A stretch of 64,000 nt of DNA, taken from NCBI GenBank assembly GCA_965203175.1, contig OZ241867.1, forward strand, positions 1,184,001 through 1,248,000, written 5' to 3'. The notes below the pieces were generated by a model. The model had not been told where the DNA came from. It saw only the letters and a program-made list of their open reading frames with translations, and searched no databases. The DNA comes from Candidatus Latescibacterota bacterium. GTDB taxonomy: Bacteria > Latescibacterota > UBA2968 > UBA8231. Shown here one piece after another: positions 58,771-64,000 of the stretch (positions are counted from its first letter, which is position 1; every line of letters begins with the position of its first letter). Both the position numbers and the translations under genes were made by a program.

Positions 58771-59376
58771 ATGGTAATTAAACTGCCATCTGATATTCGT
58801 GAAGACTTTGAGCGATTAAAGAGAAAAAGAATGCAATCTCGTTCTTTTGAGGATGTCTGGCCTAAGCTGGAAATATATCTATACCTCTTGAGTCGGTGGT
58901 CGAGAAGAGTCAACCTTGTCTCTCGGCGAGATTTGTCCGTCGTAGCAACTAAGCACTTGAGACAGGCATTGACTATGGTCCCAATTGTAATAAGTATCCC
59001 TCGTCGGCTGGTTATGGATATAGGATCAGGAGCTGGATTTCCAGCCATTCCATTGAAGATCGCTCTTCCCGACTCATACTTTATTCTCGTTGAAGGCAGG
59101 AGGAAGCGGGCGCACTTCCTCAAGGAGGTTGTGCGATCTGTGGGGCTTGATCGCATAGAGGTTGTAAACGACCGGATAGAAAATCTGAGTCCCGTGGGAG
59201 CGGATTTGGTCACTGCGAGGGCGGTGGCGTCTCCAGATAAACTGCTTGATTTAGCACAAAGACATTTATCACCGCATGGTTGGATTCTTTCAACACTGGG
59301 AAAAGATGCTGCCCATTCGGAGTTGTTGGCATGGAAGACAGATCGAGTGGGGAGCACATCAGGGCTATTGCACTAA
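58771..59376 (+). CDS. rsmG: 16S rRNA m7G527 methyltransferase RsmG (GidB)
   Basis: W...VNLVS, DIGSGAGFPAIPL, VTARAV motifs. Start 58771 or 58831. Confidence 0.88.
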   Translation: MVIKLPSDIREDFERLKRKRMQSRSFEDVWPKLEIYLYLLSRWSRRVNLVSRRDLSVVATKHLRQALTMVPIVISIPRRLVMDIGSGAGFPAIPLKIALPDSYFILVEGRRKRAHFLKEVVRSVGLDRIEVVNDRIENLSPVGADLVTARAVASPDKLLDLAQRHLSPHGWILSTLGKDAAHSELLAWKTDRVGSTSGLLH

Positions 59377-59719
59377 TTGCTAGCGTTGATAGGCCAGCAG
59401 GACCTTATAAGCCCAAATAATCGGGCGTTCCGCGTGTAGTTTTACCCATACTTATCCACACTCAAAAGCAAAAGAACTATGGAGTTTAGGCACTTTGGAG
59501 GACTTCTATGTCTAATTTTATCCAATAGATAGGCTGTGATTTAGCGAAGTGTTGAGTAGAGCCGATGAGGTATAGTGTGGAAAACTTGTTCTTAAGAAAG
59601 TGGAAAACTCTACGGTAAATCCTTTGGAAGAAAGGAAAAAAACAAGTATATTTTTAACTTAGTTTCCGAGGACACGGGGTCCCAATGGCCGCCTAAGCGC
59701 CGGCAAAATAGGTTGTTTT

Positions 59720-60337
59720 TTGCTAGATAAATATCTGAAAAAGTGGTGTCTGGTCATTCTTAGACCGTTGGCACATTTGTTTATTCGTTTGGGCTTCAGG
59801 CCCGATTGGCTAACGCTGATGGGACTAGTTTTGAACGTGGGGGCAACCGCGGCTTTTGCCAAGGGTTATTTACAATGGGGAGCTCTCATTATGATGGTTG
59901 CGGGTCTCTGCGACATCCTAGATGGACAAGTTGCAAGAGAAGGCCACAAGGAAACCAAATTTGGAGCCCTATTGGATTCGACTACAGATAGGTACTCTGA
60001 GATATTTATTTATTTTGGAATCGGTGCGTATTTGATTGGCCGCGATGAGTGGATTCCCTCGGGGATTCTCTTTTTTGCAATTACTGGTTCGCTGATGGTT
60101 AGTTATGTAAGGGCTCGTGCAGAGGGGCTGGGCGAGGATTGCAAAGTGGGCTTCATGCAGCGTCCTGAACGTCTAACTGCCTTGGCTGTGGGGTGTCTGA
60201 TAGGCCATCAAGGTTTGGTTTTTGTGCTGGTTTTATTGGCCGTTACGACCAACTATACAGTTGTTGAGCGCCTCGCTCATATCCGCAACAGGCTGAAATC
60301 TGGTCCCAATTCACCCGCCTCAGTCCAGCAGTCCTGA
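59720..60337 (+). CDS. CDP-alcohol phosphatidyltransferase (PgsA/PIP synthase-like)
   Basis: D.LDG.VAR......FGA.LDS..DR motif, SYVRARAE, RPER. Confidence 0.9.
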   Translation: MLDKYLKKWCLVILRPLAHLFIRLGFRPDWLTLMGLVLNVGATAAFAKGYLQWGALIMMVAGLCDILDGQVAREGHKETKFGALLDSTTDRYSEIFIYFGIGAYLIGRDEWIPSGILFFAITGSLMVSYVRARAEGLGEDCKVGFMQRPERLTALAVGCLIGHQGLVFVLVLLAVTTNYTVVERLAHIRNRLKSGPNSPASVQQS

Positions 60338-60377
60338 TAAGGGGCTAATCGGACTTTCTTGCGCTTTTTCTGCCATC

Positions 60378-61019
60378 GTGTCCCGGGGTCATTTCATCGT
60401 TTTTGAAGGAGTCGATGGCAGCGGGACTACAACCCAATCCCGCCTGCTGGCGTCGCATTTAAGGGAAGCAGGCCTTCCGGTCACACTGACCAGAGAACCA
60501 GGCGGAACGCCGATCGCCGAGAAGATTCGCCAGCTCGTCCTCGACCCAAGCATAGAGGGAGTATCCCCAATGTCGGAGCTCTTCCTCTACGCAGCCAGTC
60601 GTTCACAGCACGTAGAAGAGGTGATCGCACCGTCGCTTGATCGGGGAGATGTGGTTATTTGCGATCGCTATATTGCATCGTCGCTGGCGTATCAGGGGTA
60701 TGGGCGTGGTTTAAACTTGGAAGAGATCGAACAAATCAATCGGCTGGCCGTGGGGGAGTGTTTGCCGGACGCGACAATATACTTGATCTTGCCCGTAGAA
60801 GTGGCTTGGCAACGCCTAGGGCGGCGAGACACCGCGGATCGGTTAGAGCAGACGGGAGTGGGATTGCAAGAGAAGGTCTCCCGAGGCTACCAAGAAATCG
60901 CCAAAAGGGATCCAGCAGGCTTGGTTTTTGACGCGCAACTTGAGATAAACCAGCTAGCTGAAAGAATTCGGGACGCGCTACGCCGGCAGTGGTCGTGGTT
61001 TCCCGAGGAGAAAAAGTAA
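60378..61019 (+). CDS. tmk: Thymidylate kinase
   Basis: FEGVDGSGTTTQ, REPGG, DRY..SSLAYQG motifs. Confidence 0.93.
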   Translation: MSRGHFIVFEGVDGSGTTTQSRLLASHLREAGLPVTLTREPGGTPIAEKIRQLVLDPSIEGVSPMSELFLYAASRSQHVEEVIAPSLDRGDVVICDRYIASSLAYQGYGRGLNLEEIEQINRLAVGECLPDATIYLILPVEVAWQRLGRRDTADRLEQTGVGLQEKVSRGYQEIAKRDPAGLVFDAQLEINQLAERIRDALRRQWSWFPEEKK

Positions 61020-61021
61020 TC

Positions 61022-62890
61022 ATGCGACACGTCTTAATGGGATTGATTGGTTTGTTTGCCTGCGCGGGCGCAATCTGCGCAGCCACTACAGAGGATCCAT
61101 ATGCTGAGGTAAATGCCAGTTGGGAGCGTTTCGGGGCCGTGTATTCGCGCATTCTGGAAAATTACTACTCCAGTCTGGACCAAGGGGAAATCATGAGCGC
61201 GGCCATCGAGGGCATGCTCGGCCAACTGGATCCATATAGCGAGTACTACGACGAGGAAGGTTTGCGCCAGTTGCGCCAGGACACGACTGGCAAGTTCACG
61301 GGATTGGGAATTACGGTTGCCATAAAAGATCGTTTTCCCGTGGTAATTTCCCCCATTGAGGATACCCCTGCCTTTCGGGCGGGGCTGAGACCGGGGGATT
61401 TGATTGTCGCCATCGAGGGCAAAAGTACCTTGGATATGCAGCTTGAGTCTGTGGTCAATGAGCTGCGCGGGGCCCCTGGCACCAAGGTCACAATCTCGGT
61501 CGCCACCCACTTGGGAGCAACGCCGCGCGAAGTTGAAATTCAACGGGAAGATATCAGGATCAAGAGTGTTGTGCTGGCAGAGGAGCTCGAAGACAAAATC
61601 GGTTATATAAGCATGCGTCGGACCCGTTTTTCCGAGCATACCTCCAGTGAAGTGGAGGAGGCAATAAAGAGCCTCCCTCAGGTCGAGGGGCTAATTCTAG
61701 ATCTGCGCGGAAATCCAGGTGGCTTGTTTAGTCAAGCTACCCAAGTTGCGGATTTGTTTTTACCTCAAGGGGTGCCGATCGTTTCGATCAAGGAACGCGA
61801 AGGGCGGAGAGAAGAAGTCAAGTATGCCCACCGTCACTCTATTGCGCGCGAGATACCCTTGGTTGTTATGATTGACGAAGGGAGTGCCAGTGCGTCCGAA
61901 ATCGTTGCTGGTGCCATCCAAGACAACGACCGAGGCGTGATTGTCGGAGCGGCATCCTTTGGCAAAGGTTCGGTACAGACCATATTTGACCTACAGACCG
62001 CATTCGATTTGCGCGACGCGACGTCTAGTGCTTTGAAGCTGACGACGGCACTATACTACGCGCCAAGTGGGCGTAGCATCCATCGCGAACAGGAGATAGC
62101 CAAGCCAGTGCATCGCGTCCTGTTCGGCGACAGGGAACTGCCGCATCAGCTGGTGATGGACCTTATTTTGCGTTCAGAGAGTAGGGCTAAGGCCCTTTCT
62201 GCGCTCCAGTCCCATTTTGATATGAATTCTGAGGCCGCAGAGAGCATTCTCTTGATCCGTTTGGGCGATTTGGCGGGTAAATCCAAGATGGGAGTGGCTG
62301 GGTTGCCGGATAGTATTTCAAACCGAACGTATTATACCCAGCGCGGTCGCAAGGTCTTCGGCGGCGGTGGTATTAGGCCAGACATTAGTGTTAAGTCGGA
62401 ACCGTTTCCTCCCTATATACAAGAATTAGAGCGGCGTCGGCTCTTTTTCGACTTTGTCATAGATTATGTATCGGCCGATTCGTCTTGGGCCGAGGAACAT
62501 CCAGACCTGACTGTCAGCGATGAGATGGTCGAGGGCTTTATGGAGTTCGTCCGCACTAAAGACAGAAGTCTGCATCAAGGCCAAGAAGGGTTGAGTCAAA
62601 TAGCAGAACTTGAGGATTTGGCGAAGGAAATGGATTGGGGTGAGACGGCACAGGAGTCGATCCACCAGCTACGAGCAGCGGTAACGCGGGAGTGGGAGCG
62701 GCGGTATAGCAGCAAGTTAGAGCCTTATATAAAGAGTGCCTTACGTCGAGAACTGATCTTGCGCTTCTGGGGGAGGAAGGCCCAACTGCTCGCAGAATTG
62801 CAACGGGATGTACAGCTGGCGAAGGCTATAGAGATCCTCGCGGACCAAGACCAGTATTTGGGGGTGTTGGCTGTGGAGGAAGCTAAGTGA
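61022..62890 (+). CDS. Carboxyl-terminal processing protease, S41 family (PDZ)
   Basis: LDPYS, GLGI, DLRGNPGG, SASASEIVAGAIQD, GKGSVQ motifs. Confidence 0.93.
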   Translation: MRHVLMGLIGLFACAGAICAATTEDPYAEVNASWERFGAVYSRILENYYSSLDQGEIMSAAIEGMLGQLDPYSEYYDEEGLRQLRQDTTGKFTGLGITVAIKDRFPVVISPIEDTPAFRAGLRPGDLIVAIEGKSTLDMQLESVVNELRGAPGTKVTISVATHLGATPREVEIQREDIRIKSVVLAEELEDKIGYISMRRTRFSEHTSSEVEEAIKSLPQVEGLILDLRGNPGGLFSQATQVADLFLPQGVPIVSIKEREGRREEVKYAHRHSIAREIPLVVMIDEGSASASEIVAGAIQDNDRGVIVGAASFGKGSVQTIFDLQTAFDLRDATSSALKLTTALYYAPSGRSIHREQEIAKPVHRVLFGDRELPHQLVMDLILRSESRAKALSALQSHFDMNSEAAESILLIRLGDLAGKSKMGVAGLPDSISNRTYYTQRGRKVFGGGGIRPDISVKSEPFPPYIQELERRRLFFDFVIDYVSADSSWAEEHPDLTVSDEMVEGFMEFVRTKDRSLHQGQEGLSQIAELEDLAKEMDWGETAQESIHQLRAAVTREWERRYSSKLEPYIKSALRRELILRFWGRKAQLLAELQRDVQLAKAIEILADQDQYLGVLAVEEAK

Positions 62891-62959
62891 ACGCGGCTAA
62901 ACAAGGCGTTCAAATCGTTTATACTTTAATATTACGACTACCAAATGTGAGGACAGATC

Positions 62960-64000
62960 GTGCAAACAGAGATTTTTATCAACCAAGGCATTCACGAATC
63001 CCGTATTGCCATCTTGGAAGAGGGACGTCTAGCGGAAGTATGGGTCGAAAGACCTGAAAATGAGCGGACAGTAGGAGACATATACAAAGGAGTTGTATCG
63101 GCCGTTTTGCCCGGGCTACAGGCCGCATTTGTCGAGATTGGCCAAGACCGCACTGCGTTCCTCCAGGTGCGCGATATGATGGAAGCAGACAGAGACGAGA
63201 CCGATGGAGCGCGCAACGGGCGCCGCTCTCGCCATCGCGGTTTTCCTTCTATTCAAGACCTGATCAAGAAGGGCGAAGAGGTGTTGGTGCAGGTCACCAA
63301 AGAGCCCATCGGCACTAAAGGTGCCCGTGTGACAACCCAGTTATCGCTTCCGGGCCGTTTTATGGTGCTGGTTCCGGGAGGCGATTGGGTTGGTGTTTCC
63401 CGCAAGATCACCAGTCGGAACGAACGCAAGAGATTGAGAGATCTGGTATTCAAGATCAAACCCGACGGCTACTCAGTAATCGTGCGCACCGAAGGACAGA
63501 ATCAGAGCGACCGCGAGTTCAAGCGCGATATGAAGCAGTTGGTGAAAAACTACGAGCGCCTGATCAAGACGAGCAGGAAGGTCGAAGCTCCGGCCTTAGT
63601 GTACAAGGAAATGGGCATGACCTCCAGCGTAATACGCGACCTGTTCACCGACAATGTGGAACGGCTGGTCGTCGATAGCAAAGAGTTGTACAAGGAGATC
63701 TCCGCTTATTTGCGCCAAGTTTCACCTGAGTTGCGCCAACGGGTTGAGTTTTACCGGGACCGTCGGCCCATTTTCGATGCCTTCAACATTGAGGAAGATA
63801 TCGAGAAGGCGACCAACCGCACAGTGTGGTTGCGGCGGGGTGGAGCCTTGGTCATCGACTACGCCGAGGCAGGGACTTTTATTGACGTGAATTCAGCCCG
63901 TTACCTCGGCTCAGACGATCAGGAGGAAAACAACCTTAATACCAATCTGAAGGCGGCCCGTGAGATTGCTCGCCAACTCAAGCTCCGCGACATCGGCGGA
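62960..64000 (+). CDS. Ribonuclease G/E family, runs off the window end
   Basis: GTG start. MQTEIFIN...VGDIYKG.V..VLPGLQAAFVEIG, QVTKEPIGTKGARVT, IDVNS, IARQLKLRDIGG. Confidence 0.93.
   Translation, partial: MQTEIFINQGIHESRIAILEEGRLAEVWVERPENERTVGDIYKGVVSAVLPGLQAAFVEIGQDRTAFLQVRDMMEADRDETDGARNGRRSRHRGFPSIQDLIKKGEEVLVQVTKEPIGTKGARVTTQLSLPGRFMVLVPGGDWVGVSRKITSRNERKRLRDLVFKIKPDGYSVIVRTEGQNQSDREFKRDMKQLVKNYERLIKTSRKVEAPALVYKEMGMTSSVIRDLFTDNVERLVVDSKELYKEISAYLRQVSPELRQRVEFYRDRRPIFDAFNIEEDIEKATNRTVWLRRGGALVIDYAEAGTFIDVNSARYLGSDDQEENNLNTNLKAAREIARQLKLRDIGG

Overview
Bacterial chromosomal window spanning the replication origin. The gene content (many sulfatases, PQQ enzymes, PhyH/TauD dioxygenases, FlgD/T9SS-like C-terminal tails) suggests an FCB-group organism such as Ca. 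Latescibacterota; this is inference. From 1 to 45 kb the sequence is GC-rich accessory and catabolic DNA: an FG-GAP repeat protein, a PhnZ-like HD oxygenase, a RelE-type toxin-antitoxin pair, a minus-strand cluster (sulfatase, Ldh2, PhyH, SDR, two tandem PQQ-dehydrogenase/ankyrin fusions, TauD), cfa, PCuAC/SCO, squalene synthase, ABC transporters and others. From 45 to 64 kb it is the conserved origin block: tRNA-Gln/Ser/Ser, gyrA, gyrB, dciA, recF, dnaN, oriC and dnaA on the minus side, then rpmH, rnpA, yidD, yidC, mnmE, two parS sites, rsmG, a pgsA-like gene, tmk, an S41 protease and rng/rne. The top finding is a tnpB-only IS200/IS605 element (41868-43163). The guide/cleavage-site pairing rule predicts its target motif as TCAT, the reverse complement of ATGA. 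It sits exactly between the native Shine-Dalgarno and the start codon of an ABC solute-binding gene, and its left end carries a correctly spaced, outward-facing replacement Shine-Dalgarno. It is therefore a candidate start-codon-targeting, expression-preserving RNA-guided transposon.
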